Origin: Mytilus trossulus
Lineage: Eukaryota
Length of the DNA stretch: 64,000 nt
Direction of reading: 5' to 3'
Assembly (NCBI RefSeq): GCF_036588685.1
Contig: NC_086379.1
Span: 53,630,001 to 53,694,000 of the forward strand
Positions 28,075 through 40,488 of this stretch are shown in pieces. The stretch's first letter is position 1, and each line of letters starts with the position of its first letter. A program made the position numbers and the translations under genes. The notes under the pieces are model-generated. The model saw only the letters and a list, made by a program, of their open reading frames with translations, ran no database searches and was not told where the DNA came from.

Positions 28075-29646
28075 CATTTATTGCTTGATAAACGAATTAG
28101 GTATAGACAATTCACTTGGAAACTTAGCATATACCCTCACGACACTTACCAAAGAGGAAATCCTGGATAATCATAGGTCTGTTCTTTGTTCCTTTGGTAT
28201 TTCAACCAAAGATGAAGAACTGGATCTTCCATCACTGTATTGGATACCTAAACTACATAAGTGTCCTTACAAACAGCGGTATATTGCTGGGTCTTCCAAG
28301 TGCTCCACAAAACCTCTTTCTAAATTATTAACATTCATTTTATCAGCAATCAAGGACGGGCTTGAAACTGCCTATTCTAGAGGTGGCGTGAATCAGATGT
28401 GGATACTTAAAAATTCCAAAGATCTTTTAGAGTACATACAATCTAACTTTCTTTCATCTTGTAACAGTATTAAACATTTGACTTCTCTACTCTTTACACA
28501 AGTATTCCACATTCCAAACTTAAAGACAAATTAAAAGAGTTGGTATTACTTTGCTTCATAAAAAAGAATGGCCAACTTAGATACAAGTATCTTGTCTTAG
28601 GGAAGGATAAATCCTACTTTGTAAAGAATCACTCTGATTCAAACAAAAAATTCTCTGAAACCGATATTATATAGATGCTTGATTTCTTGATTGACAACAT
28701 ATTTGTTACGTTCGGAGGACGTGTTTTCAACAGACTGTCGGCATCCCAATGGGAACAAACTGTTCCCCTCTACTTGCTGACTTGTTTCATTATTATTATG
28801 AGGCTGACTTCATGCAGGAACTTCTTTGGAAGAAAGATAAGAAGTTAGCAATATCCTTTAACTCTACTTTCCGCTATATAGATGACGTTCTTTCACTAAA
28901 CAATTCAAAATTTGGTGACTATGTGGAACGCATCTATCCCATCGAATTGGAGATAAAGGATACTACAGATACAGTTAAGTCAGCTTCATATCTTGACTTA
29001 CATCTAGAAATTGACAATGAGGGTCGGTTGAAGACAAAACTTTACGACAAAAGAGATGATTTCAACTTTCCAATTGTGAACTTTCCATTTCTAAGTAGCA
29101 ACATTCCAGCAGCACCTGCATACGGGGTATATATCTCTTAATTGATACGATATTCCCGTGCTTGCATTTCCTATCATGATTTTTTTTATAGAGGGTTACT
29201 GCTCACAAGGAAGCTATTAAATCAAGAGTTCCAAATGGTGAAGTTGAAATCATCCCTTCGTAAATTTTACGGACGCCATCACGAGTTGGTTGACCGTTAT
29301 GGAATAACCATTTCACAAATGATATCGGATATGTTCCTTACGTCGTAACTACAATCCCCTTTCCTTTCATGAATTTGACCTACCGAATTAGACTATTTAC
29401 TAGATTTGTAATCACATTAGCAACACGACGGGTGCATGTGGAGCAGGATCTGCTTACCCTTCCGGAGCACCTGAGATCACCCCTAGTTTTTGGTGGGGTT
29501 CGTGTTGTTTATTCTTTAGTTCTCTATATTGTGTCATGTGTACTATTGTTTTTCTGTTTGTCTTCTTCATTTTTAGCCATGGCGTTGTCAGTTTGTTTTA
29601 GATTTATGAGTTTGACTGTCCCTTTGGTATCTTTCGTCCCTCTTTT
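28075..29646 (+). mobile_element. 5'-truncated Penelope-like retroelement (probably Naiad clade): disabled RT plus 3' UTR
   Basis: Stitched translation gives LPSLYWIPKLHKCPYKQRYIAGSSKCSTKPLS, motif A (TFDFSTLYTSIPH, after a frameshift), motif B (QQTVGIPMGTNCSPLLADLF), catalytic FRYIDD and a PLE-type C-terminus (LYDKRDDFNFPIVNFPFLSSNIPAAPAYGVYIS*LIRYSRAC...KFYGRHHELVDRY). The ORF stops after the RT with no C-terminal GIY-YIG. A ~300-bp 3' UTR follows and recurs throughout the window. Confidence 0.9.
28085..29348 (+). pseudogene. Penelope-like reverse transcriptase pseudogene
   Basis: The ORF-track pieces 28085-28534, 28749-29141 and 29142-29348 form one RT broken by frameshifts (~28472, ~28727), a TAG at ~28672 and a TAA at 29139. 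The paralogous copy near 26110 (-) has CAA (Gln) at the TAA position. Confidence 0.9.
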
Positions 29647-29892
29647 AATATGTCGAAAACAATCAAGAGATACAATACTGAGGCTTTTAATTTTGTTCGC
29701 CAGGCGCGCGTTTCGTTTTTAAAAGACTTTTCAGTGACATTTGAATAAAAACAGTTAAAATCTCATTGAAGTACGACGTTTAACTGCATTGGTATATGTA
29801 CGAACCACTCAAATCTATAATGGCAAATTCGTAATTAATGGTAAACATAACGCCACAGACGCTAAACAAATCATAAATATTTGGCAGTATTT

Positions 29893-30008
29893 ATTTTCTC
29901 CCAATCTATGACAGTTTTTTTTGTTTTCTCAAAATCTTTGACAGTTTTTTGTTTTCTCCAAATTTAAGACAGTTATTGTTTTCTCAAAATTAATGACATT
30001 TTTGTTTT
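29893..30008. repeat. Degenerate ~30-bp tandem repeat, about 4 copies
   Basis: tgacagtttt(t)ngttttctc(a/c)aaat recurs. Confidence 0.7.
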
Positions 30009-30754
30009 ATATTTAAACGTAATATATACATTTTGTAGAAGAACAATGAGGTTACCTGTATCCCCTCTGATAAACGAGCTATACCTCATTTAGTTAAAGT
30101 GATAATTAAGGTACTTTAAATTCTAAAGAAAGAATTACTTGTTCTTGTAAAGTACACATTATATTTATTTTCTTGCAGTAGACTTAAATGAGGCATCTTT
30201 TTCAACATGTTTGAAATTACTTATCACTTGTTTTACAAGTTCTTATAACTGCGTCATATTTAAGTCATTGCACACCATACAAAAGCATAAAAGTACAAGT
30301 TACTTGTTCGGTTGTCTGATTCAAAATGAAAGATTAAATCTAAAATTCAAATTTGAAGTTAATAAACGTCTGGAAAACTATATGCACAGTTTTGAGATTT
30401 TTTGTAAGCGCTTCAAGTTAATTTACCAGAACAAACTTTGAAAGCACAATAGAAGCATCAAGGTGCAATGCAGGTTATTATCAAATAAAACATCTAAAAT
30501 AAGACTTTATATTTTAAAAATTCAATAAAAAGGAGGTGTGGTAAGGGTCCAATTTGATATTAAAATTGAAGCATGAAGAGAATTCATAAGTATGATTTTG
30601 TAATCTTTAAACTGTATTGTCTATGAAATATGAATATGAACTGGAGTTTAACTGTGACAGACAGTCAGAAGATAGTGTACATACAAAATGTAGTTATTAA
30701 AATCCACGCATGAACAGGAAATATTTACAAATATTACAAGAATATCACAGTGAG

Positions 30755-31097
30755 AGATTGTGGTGAATAATGGCACTGCTGGTGGAAATTTGATTCACTG
30801 AGGGTATCACCATCCCAGCAGTCAGTACTTGTGTGCTGGCATGAATTATCATTGATATGGTAATATTTATAAATTAACCTTTTACCAAACATTTGAATTT
30901 ATGAAATACTAAGGCTTTTTTTTACCTCAGAATAGACAAACATTTTAAGAGACTTGGTCTTCAATGCTCTTCAACTTCATAATTTATTTAGCCTTTTAAC
31001 TTTTGGATTCGAGCGACTCTTATTAGTATTTTTTAGACGAAACGCGCGTCTTGTGTTAATACAAATTTTAATTCTGGTATCCATGTTGAGTTTATTT
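30755..31097 (+). mobile_element. ~340-bp retrozyme-like repeat monomer with decayed hammerhead (31011-31055)
   Basis: Homologous to 9135-9392 (+) and to fragments at 14783-14870, 27925-27990 and 29660-29790 (-). Retains gac-GAAA-cgcgcg-TC, but the CTGATGA core is mutated. Confidence 0.7.
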
Positions 31098-31662
31098 AAT
31101 TACTGTTTTAAATTAGTCTATATTTGAACGTCTCAGCCTGCGCAAGTTTACTGCATTTTCCATTACGTTGATGATAAAAGTATACATATTTTTGTCATTT
31201 GTAAAAGGAACATGAGTGGAAAATGTACATTAAAATTTTAGTTTCATCAAGCATATGAAAACCTTTTTACATCTTATTACACCAAATTCGATACTATTTT
31301 ACTATTAATTTGATAAAACGGGATTGGAAGCAAATTAAAAATCATTACAATTTTTTTTTGTCATATATAGCATTCATATTTGTCTGGTGATACACAGACT
31401 AGTAATATAACAGTCTACTATGATTATGGTTTTTTTTCTTTTCAATCAAAAAATGCTAATTAGTAACTTATTGAAACCACTTTTTTTTTTATAACAGTGA
31501 CATAATTGAAATAAATACATATTTAAAAACTATCATTCAGTTACAAAAATCACGATTTATATTGTCTAAGCTTCCCGGGCTAAGCGTATTATATTTCATG
31601 GTTTTTTTCGGTATGATAATTTAATTCCTCACGCCAAATATTAATTTAGTGACTATGCATTG

Positions 31663-31682
31663 GGGGGGGGGGGGGGGGGGGG
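31663..31682 (+). repeat. G20 homopolymer
   Basis: 20 consecutive G in AT-rich surroundings. Confidence 0.95.
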
Positions 31683-33510
31683 CGACGGCTGTATCTCATC
31701 TGCAAATTTAGAATAGAAATGTTTGAAGTTGAGCATGTTGTCAGTTTTTAATTTCATTGAACACTTCAAGCAAATAGGAAACACACATTTCAAATTCATA
31801 GTACTTAGAAGTAAAACAGGAAAGAGTATTGTACTAGAAATGAATGAAGAATATGTCAATGGATAGTTGGACTTACTTGTGACATTTGTATATAAGATAC
31901 CTTTTTTGCGGCCTAGATATCTTAAATTTCAAAAACTATAACAAAATATGTCAAATTCAACATTATATTATATATAAAATGCACATTCATTTTTTTCAAT
32001 TTGAAAAATACCTTGTTATATTTGCAAAAATTCAGAAATTTCCCCACTGATAACAAAACTGATAACTGTAGCAAAATTATTTTCTCTATTCTTTCAGGTA
32101 TTGAAATATAGTGCATCAGCATAAACCATTTAATAACACTGTGAGAAGTGCATCAAGGACAGGGTTTGTTTCTTGAATCATGTTACACTAATTAATATTC
32201 CGTTGTTACTAACACGTATTACATACCAATTAATAGATTATGAGGATAGTACCCTCGCGATGATATAAGTGAAAAGGTTAATATTACCTTGGTTCTTAGT
32301 ACAAATGCAGAAGAGTGTTCTATTCAAAGACAAACGATTATGTATCATCACGAACAGGAAAAATCACCTTATACAATTACCAGGCGTTAACTTGTTTTGA
32401 AAGAAGATACATAACATAAATCTATGCGTTAGAGGATAATATCAGGAGACAACGTACAAATATGATGCATTTTGAAAGCCAACAAAACATGTAACACAGC
32501 AATTGGGATTGCAAATTGAAAAAACAAATTTCCCCATTTCATAGCTTTATTTTTTTCTCCGCGATCGGTTGACATTGTTTGAGGATTAGCATTTTACTTA
32601 GTTTATCAATGTAAAAAATAAATTGTCTTTCTTCAATAATGCTACAGAACTTTTTTGGCTGCTCATGGAAATAAAAACGCAAAAAATCATTAGCAAAAAT
32701 AGATTCGACATTCCCAAGGTTAATCGAAGATCTACGTATGTATGACGTTCTATAGGGAAAAAGTATGTAAATTGATCAGACTACTGTTCCGTTGAGAGGA
32801 ATTTCTATATGAAAAAAAGTTGCTGAAATTTTAAATTTTTCGTATTCATATTATGGTAGAAAATTGAGTATTCAAAACTGGTTCAGCATAACACACACAA
32901 AAAAAGAAATCTGATAAAATTCAGATTAATTAATTTGCTCCATGAGATTTATTTTGTGTCTTTTAGTCCCAAATTTTAGAAAACTGTTTTGTAATCCAAT
33001 TAAATGTTTTACTCCTAAAAGTTTTGGTATTTTTACTAGTGTAAGTAAAAATTGTGAATTTGTAAGTCGCTTATCTTATTTTTGCTTGTCGTTTTTGATT
33101 TTCTGTGTCTTAGTTTTGTTATTTTGATTCATGCTTCACCTTATGTTCGCTTCTATTCGAATTATTGCTTCTTTGATTGTTGTATGTCTGACTTCTTGTT
33201 TACTGTTGTTTACGATCTTAATTGAATATATATTTCTCTCTTCCATTTTGTATCTCTTGGAATGAGATTTTGGGAAACTTTTTTTTCTCATGTTGTTTTA
33301 ATCTAGTTGTTTTCGTGTGACTTATTTATATGGTTAGATTTTATTTTGATAAACAAGTTTTCTTAAAATTCAGTTTCCGTCTATTACGTCCAGTTGTGAA
33401 TTATCGGCAAAAGACATCTGCCTTTATCTGAGTCTAAGTTTTTACTACTCATCTGAATGTCCTTTACATTTGGCAATGAATATTACGCAAATCATGGTAG
33501 AAGAGTAAGA

Positions 33511-33680
33511 AGGTCCTGCTCCGCATGTGTCCTCCATCTTGTCACACATGCATGTTAGTACAAACCCGACTATAAGTCTTTTTCGATAGGTCTTATTGGA
33601 GAGAAAGAAGAATTGTGGTAACAACGATTGGAACATAGGCATATCCATCTTTGAAACATAATTCACGACGGTCAACCGAA
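33511..33680 (-). repeat. Old diverged Penelope-like fragment spanning the RT stop and start of the 3' UTR
   Basis: Colinear but degenerate match to 25800-25965 (cctgctccgcatgtg...tacaaacccg...ttcgataggtc...tttgaaac...acggtcaacc). Confidence 0.6.
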
Positions 33681-34194
33681 AGAAGATCCTTGTGGTTGGT
33701 AACCATGGAAATAGATTTATCAAAAACACACCCTTGACATAAAACAAATTTTTGTCAATCAAAAATTCACTTCAGTAACAATACATTTTCGTTATTCTGG
33801 TTAAGTCTTGTACCTACTATCATTTCTGGCTATATTTTGTTTTGTATTACAGTGATAAACCAGTAATGTATTTTTTTTTAAATTAGTTTGGGTTCCACAC
33901 TTGGAAACTTAACTAATACTTGTCTGTTTACCTTGTTTCGATTAAACTCAACTAGCCGGTTAACTGTTTCGTTGAGTTTTAGTCATCGAGTGTGATTTTA
34001 ACACTATATATATATTTTTTTCATTTCTAAATCTTACTCTTCTTACTTTCTGTAATGGCAAAGATTATAGGGACTTTCTTAATCCCAGAACGTTCATCCC
34101 TGTTTTCTGTCCTATCCTGATTTTGTTCAATACCATTTCAAAAATTTTGAGGAAAGTTAATCTTGTTTCATTGTTATACTGCAGCTAGGAACAT

Positions 34195-34332
34195 TTTTTT
34201 ACTGTCTGTGTGTCCGTTCGTTCAATTTCCGTCCGTCCATGCCAAATTAGATTTTGGCCCCAATTGTACGGTCCACTAAACATATGATAGTGCGAGGGGG
34301 GCATAAGTGTACTATGGACACATTATTGTTTC
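34195..34332 (+). mobile_element. Degenerate Helentron/HINE remnant
   Basis: A (tccg/tctg)n microsatellite followed by gcgaggggggcat, a gtgt-actatgg-acac hairpin and ttgttt, the same end architecture as 54112-55954. Confidence 0.45.
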
Positions 34333-35476
34333 ATTTATTATGGCTTTTACTTTGTTTTTTACAGAGGTTTTTCTCCATTTATGACTCACTCGCTTCTAGT
34401 TTGGTCTCTTTATTTCCTTGAACTTTTTTCAAAGTTTGAAACTTTTTCTTCGTAATTTTCTTCATTTCGTTGCCTCTGCTTTTTATTTCAATGACAGCCA
34501 TGATAAATGTTAATCTGTTTTAGGTAAAACACATGACATCAGACTTGCTCTGTATTTCCTTCCTATCTTTGTCTTGTTTGCAATTTTTTAGTACTATTTT
34601 TCAAGGATCCAATTATCATATCTTAATGATGAGACTAAAACCTAATTGTTATTAAAGTTATGAGGCCTCCTTACTCCAGCATTATTTGTTAATTATTTTA
34701 AGAACGGTGCTTCTTTATCCTTGAGACATCTACTATCCATTTTTTTTTATATAGAAACAGGGATTTTCTATTCATATTGTACATATCGTACATATTGCTT
34801 CATGTGTTATAGCTATACATTAAAATAAGGCTTCTCTGTCGCAAAGTATAAACATTAATTTCTTATTGTGTCTAATGTTTGAATGACTATACATTAACAA
34901 TTATTATACATATTGAACATGGCTTCCCTATCTAACCTCATCTCTTCCTTATTTGCACAAGTCTGATGTTTTTAGCGTCAATTCCACTATTTTGTATAGC
35001 CATGATATGTTGTCTGAATTTGGTACGTCTTTCAAAAATAACATCCGCTTTGCTTGATTGACATAATCAAGTACTGTAAAAATCTACTTCTGGAATTATT
35101 GAACACATTATTAGGTAATTTCAACGGACGAAGATGATTTGGTCTCTCAACTTTCGATTTTTTTCAAAAGATCTAGAACATCTTCCTCATGTGTTGCTGT
35201 ACTCTATGTGTTATATTATATTCTCACTGTCGCGATTCACTTCTTTTGTGCCTAAACATTTGTTATCGGTTTATTTAATGTACAGTGTTTCTAGCAAGAC
35301 CCTTTCGTTTTTAATAGATTGTACACATGTGTGTACCCGTTAATAATCTCTGCAAGGTTGCATCTAATATTCAGATATTTGTTTTCTAGATCCGAGATTT
35401 AAGTGCCCAGGCTATTTTAATAAGCGGCCTATCATGAGTGCCTTTAAATATGTTTGGGAAAACATCTCCATCTGTT

Positions 35477-35931
35477 GATTTGTTAGTTAATGATATGAGT
35501 TGATATGAAATAAGAATTTGTTAGTTAATGATATGAGTTGATATGAAATAAGGATTTGTTAGTTAATGATATGAGTTGATATGAAATAAGGATTTGTTAG
35601 TTAATGATATGAGTTGATATGAAATAAGGATTTGTTAGTTAATGATATGAGTTGATATGAAATAAGGATTTGTTAGTTAATGATATGAGTTGATATGAAA
35701 TAAGAATTTGTTAGTTAATGATATGAGTTGATATGAAATAAGGATTTGTTAGTTAATGATATGAGTTGATATGAAATAAGGATTTGTTAGTTAATGATAT
35801 GAGTTGATATGTAATAAGGATTTGTTAGTTAATGATATGAGTTGATATGAAATAAGGATTTGTTAGTTAATGATATGAGTTGATATGAAATAAGGATTTG
35901 TTAATTAATTATATGAGTTGATATGAAATAA
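35477..35931. repeat. 38-bp minisatellite, 12 copies (gatttgttagttaatgatatgagttgatatgaaataag)
   Basis: Near-perfect head-to-tail units with no spacers. Confidence 0.97.
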
Positions 35932-38900
35932 AAGAGTAATACAATTGACAATTTCAGCCGGTAAACTATTATTCCTTGAACCTTTTTTGATTTTATTTAT
36001 AATTTTCTGAACGTTGTGTGGTGTTATTTTCTGAAAATTCAAATTGATGTTCTCGCCACTGTGAATTTTATTTCCACAATGCTAGTGTGAATATAACGTT
36101 TTTATACATACATCATTACCCTCATTGTAATGTCAACACTAGAAAAACAAACATAACATGTTCTAGTACTATTTTAGAATCATCTGTGGTATCCTGTTTT
36201 CAAGATCGACGACTATCAACCTGCGGTCAACATATTCACCAAACATAGAAGCAAATATTTATTTAGTAAGAGGTCACTCATAGGTTACCTGTCGGAAAGT
36301 TGATAAGTTTGATCCATCAGGAATGAGAACGTCTTGAAAACACGCTTTCAAAACATAGTATGTCGGCAATTAAAAAACAGCATACATTGTCATTATGTCA
36401 GTTTCATGGATGTTTTGAAATGATGCAAATGGTTTTTTTCTTCATCTTTTTTTTAAAATTTGTATGATTAATCCCTTGAACCATTCATTTAACCTGTCTT
36501 TTAGTTAGTTTAAAATGACACATACTTATGTTTAGGCAAACTGCGTTGTTTTTGTTATTGCAAAAGAGAAGGTTTAATTTAAATTGTATGTTACATTTTG
36601 AATTTGGATGTTTCACAGTAGTTCTGAAGTCATTGATGGTGATAAAACAGATGCTTATAATTTGAAAAAGGTCTACGTGGAGTATTTGACAGTGCCAGAA
36701 ATCTAACACGCTATGACACTTGTGTTATTTGGTATCGAGTAGAGTGATATTTTTTCTCATGATTAATTGTTGTTAGTCGTTTAGTTGCAAATATTTCATG
36801 CATAAGGGCTGGATTATATTACTAATTTATGAAAAAAGTACGTTCGTCAAGGTAGATAAATCGATATAAGACCTAACACAATTCAGGGTAACTACATATT
36901 CTAGTTCATGTTTTGTTCACTGTCTTGCATTGATTACAGGACACTTGGCAAATCAATGCATCATATCGCATCTTGTTGATGATTTAAATTGAAAATAATT
37001 GCCGGTCGATTTTCCTTTTGAAACAAAACTAGATAAGATGTTAAACAAATTAGAGTATAACATTTTATTTTAACATTAGCATAAATCTTCGAGTTATTAA
37101 AATGTTTTCATACTAGTCAACACTTTTCCGACCATTAAAACCTCTCCCTTTACATTTGATGAATGTCCCTGCAGTTATATAAACAATTTATCACACTTTT
37201 CAACCGGTACCAAAATCAAAGCTTCTTTAAACATCAAAAGATTCGAACCCATAACAGATACGAAAACTTAATAGTTCAGTTATGTAACGACATCTTTGAT
37301 TATAATTGATGATTGTCATCAAATACAATGAATTCAGTTTTTGCAAATAGAACCTGTGATGTCGCTTACTTGACGTAATACACACGTTATTTAAATTGGA
37401 GTTTTAAAGTAAGAACAGATGTTTGCTGAATTTGAATGATCGTAAAACAGTAGCCTTATTGTTATAACCTTAAATGTGTTTATCTCGTATTAAAATTTGT
37501 TCAGACCATAAAAGAAACTGTTTTTGTTTTCTCTAGTCTAACATCTATTTGAAAAAGAAAGAAATTAAATGAATTTAAACAATGATCAACATGGTATTGC
37601 GTTTATCTTTGACAGACATATCTCTGTTAAACACGTTTTACAAACTAATCTCAAGACTTAATTTTTAATTTTTGTTTGTGACCGTTATACACCAATTATT
37701 TGTGTCAAGGCATAGAATGTCATAATACATCACACGTAAAATACTTTAATTTGAAAAGAAAACTCATCAAAAATATATATTAGGCTTAAGCACAAAATGA
37801 ATACTATAAGAACAGAGTAAATGTCAAATGTTTGATGATGAGAAACACTACGGATATTGAATCCCAGGGTACTAAAATTCTTAACTTATTGTTGTGTAAT
37901 CTTAACATCTTGTATTTTTAATTTACAATAATGATTTTTGCTGTTATATATGAAGTCAGTTTGTAAAGTACACTGACCGTTTATGCAACGATAGAAGATC
38001 ATAGAAGGCAGTATTTCATTTTAAACAATTAATTTGTTTGATGTTGTTTTCAGTTAATGCGTCATATACCATGATTAGATAAGCTATTGTTGTTTTTATA
38101 TAAAGTAACTGATTTTGTCTTTTGTAATAACTACGACAGAGCTGGAAACTTCGTTGGTTTTATGTATCATATTGAATAATTTGTAGGTTCATCATAGAAA
38201 GAATTCGGTATTGATGGAAGCTCTTTAGTGGTCTTTGTCTTAGTATTTTTGGCTCTGGACTGTTTAGGATTTTGTATATTGTATGGACATCTGTCTGTTA
38301 TTGGTAATTGTGCATCTACATGGAATTTAGTGGACAATCAATTGGTATCAAGGCAATGAACCGTCATATTTTTCTATCAAAAGTTTCATACTTGCGTTAA
38401 ACTTATGTCTGCCAATTTTAATCAAAGGGACTCAAGCAATGATATCTCTTGATGTGACCTTATTCAAGCAAATATCAATGATCCCTGTATAATACTACAA
38501 TTAAAAAAGGTGCTCATCTTCTTTTTAGTTTCATGAGTACGGAAATTGAACTAGGAATGCGATAAAACGTACTATGATGAACGATACAGGATTCTCTTTG
38601 AAGTCATATGCGTGATTTTCAAACTTAAGCTGTTTTAAGATGAGAATTTCTATTCTATTTCCAAAATGGCTTATGTCTTGTTACTGCAATAATTAATGGT
38701 TTAGAAATTTGAGATGCAATTGTGAAATTGAGTAGCGTAATATAAATTGTTTTATCCAGCATTATTGGAACGGAAATGCTTAGTTTAATTGTTTGATTGT
38801 GATTTAAAAACAACACGTTGTATAAGAGGATATAAGGCCAATTTCCCTTGAAATTAATTCGAATGTAAACCAATTGCATTAGTTATTTCAATCATTTCTA

Positions 38901-39332
38901 CACAATATCGTATTATCTTCAATTCACACGTGTAGCTTTAATTTAAAATCGAACAATATATGTCCAAGTATCGAAGTATCCAAGTCAAATGATGTTTAAA
39001 AACTACACTTTTGATGTATTTTTCCTATTTTTGGTATAATAGATTAGAGTATACCAATACCATACTTCACATGGGAAATAAAGCCAGTGTTGTTGAAAAA
39101 ACAAAAACATACTAAAACTATATACCAGACATCTTTTTGTAAATAATCACAGTAATGCTTTCATTATTTTTATATATTAAGGGCAGTTGATACACAGAAA
39201 AAGACCGTAATAATAGTAGTTGATGTGGGCAAGTAAGAACGACTATGATAGCGATTCTATCAGGGACACAATGTTCATTAGCGGTAGCTCGACCCAGTTT
39301 GTTTTGTTCATCAAAGAAAAAAACATTTACTC

Positions 39333-39564
39333 AAAGAGGCACGAAATATACCAAAGGGACAGTCAAACTCATAAATCCAAAACAAACTGACAACGCCATG
39401 GCTAAAAATGAAAAAGACAAACAGAAAAACAATTGTACACATGACACAACTTAGAAAACTAAAGAATAAACAGCACGAACCCCACCAACACCTAGGGGTG
39501 ATCTCAGGTGCTCCGGAAGGGTAAGCAGATCCTGATCCACATGTGGCACCCGTCTTGTTGCTCA
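39333..39564 (-). repeat. Solo 3' end of the Penelope-like element (young)
   Basis: Close reverse complement of 29420-29646 (gggacagtcaaactcataaat...gatctcaggtgctccggaagggtaagcagatcctg). ORFs 39245-39454 and 39311-39565 are by-products of this UTR. Confidence 0.9.
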
Positions 39565-40488
39565 AATTATTTCAGTTTGCAAATACTTTTACTCAAACCG
39601 ATGCTAGATGCCGTCTTAAAGTTGCAGTAGGATGAGAGTTCTTTTGTTGTCACTTAATTTAATATGAATTGAGTAGTTAAGCGCTGTTTCTATATTTTTT
39701 TTGAATTTGAAGAGTTCGGTATTTTGTTATTTTACTTTAAACCGTATCCATGGTACTTAATGTGGACACAGAAGTGCTGATAACTGTGGACTGGTGTTAC
39801 TTTTTGAGACAAAAGTTTCACTTTCATAGGCATCTATCCAGTGGTTGAAAATACTCATCATATATACAAGGTTTATATTTTTATAATCAACGATGGTTAA
39901 AAGACTTAATGTTTCGGAAGATTTTTCGCATTCTCCTTGAGTAAATGTGCTGATTATGACCATATCAAAGAATAAATATTCATATTGCACTCGTTTTATT
40001 TGAGAAGTCAAAACACGTTGACTGTATATTTTTAGTCATTTACAGTCACTGACCCGATATCACTTTTCCTCATGAATATTTAAATAGGTTACCGAAATAA
40101 TATTTAATTATTTATGCGACATTTTCAAACTTTTCTTGTTTCCAATGTATACAACGATACTTGGAACGACTCAAACTTGTTTCTGTTATTTTTTTTTTCT
40201 CGAAAAAAACATATCTCAATTGTTAATAATTTTTGTTTGCAACCTATAAATCATTAGGTTTCATGCTTATTGTTGATATTTAAGTCCATATTCAAACGAA
40301 TTCGTTCACTATCGACTGCGGGTTTCAATAGGTAATGAACGTTTCATCGTGTTGTATATTTTTTTGCCTGCATGATATGAGGCCTTATTGAATGGGGATT
40401 TCCCCAGTATTTAATCACATTAAACAACAATTGAAAATGGTTTTTTTAGATTGCAATATAAAGACAAAAAAAAGTGGATTGACCTAAC

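Noticed and set aside
28749-29141. Bacterial retron, group II intron or DGR reverse transcriptase system
   Set aside because: The motifs and C-terminus are Penelope-like, copies are 5'-truncated and dispersed, and there is no operon context.
28085-29348. Selenoprotein-type Naiad (in-frame UGA recoding)
   Set aside because: The interruptions I found are TAG, TAA and frameshifts, not TGA, and the TAA is CAA in the sister copy. This is ordinary decay.
29369-29722. 117-aa hydrophobic ORF as a membrane protein (also 4-222, 17328-17573, 23220-23545, 39311-39565)
   Set aside because: These are translations of the T-rich retroelement 3' UTR, and the frames are not conserved between copies.
33050-35450. 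Old LINE ORF2 on the minus strand (strand-skewed composition)
   Set aside because: I could not recover any RT or endonuclease motif by hand.
35477-35931. CRISPR array (38-bp repeat)
   Set aside because: Pure head-to-tail repeat with no spacers.
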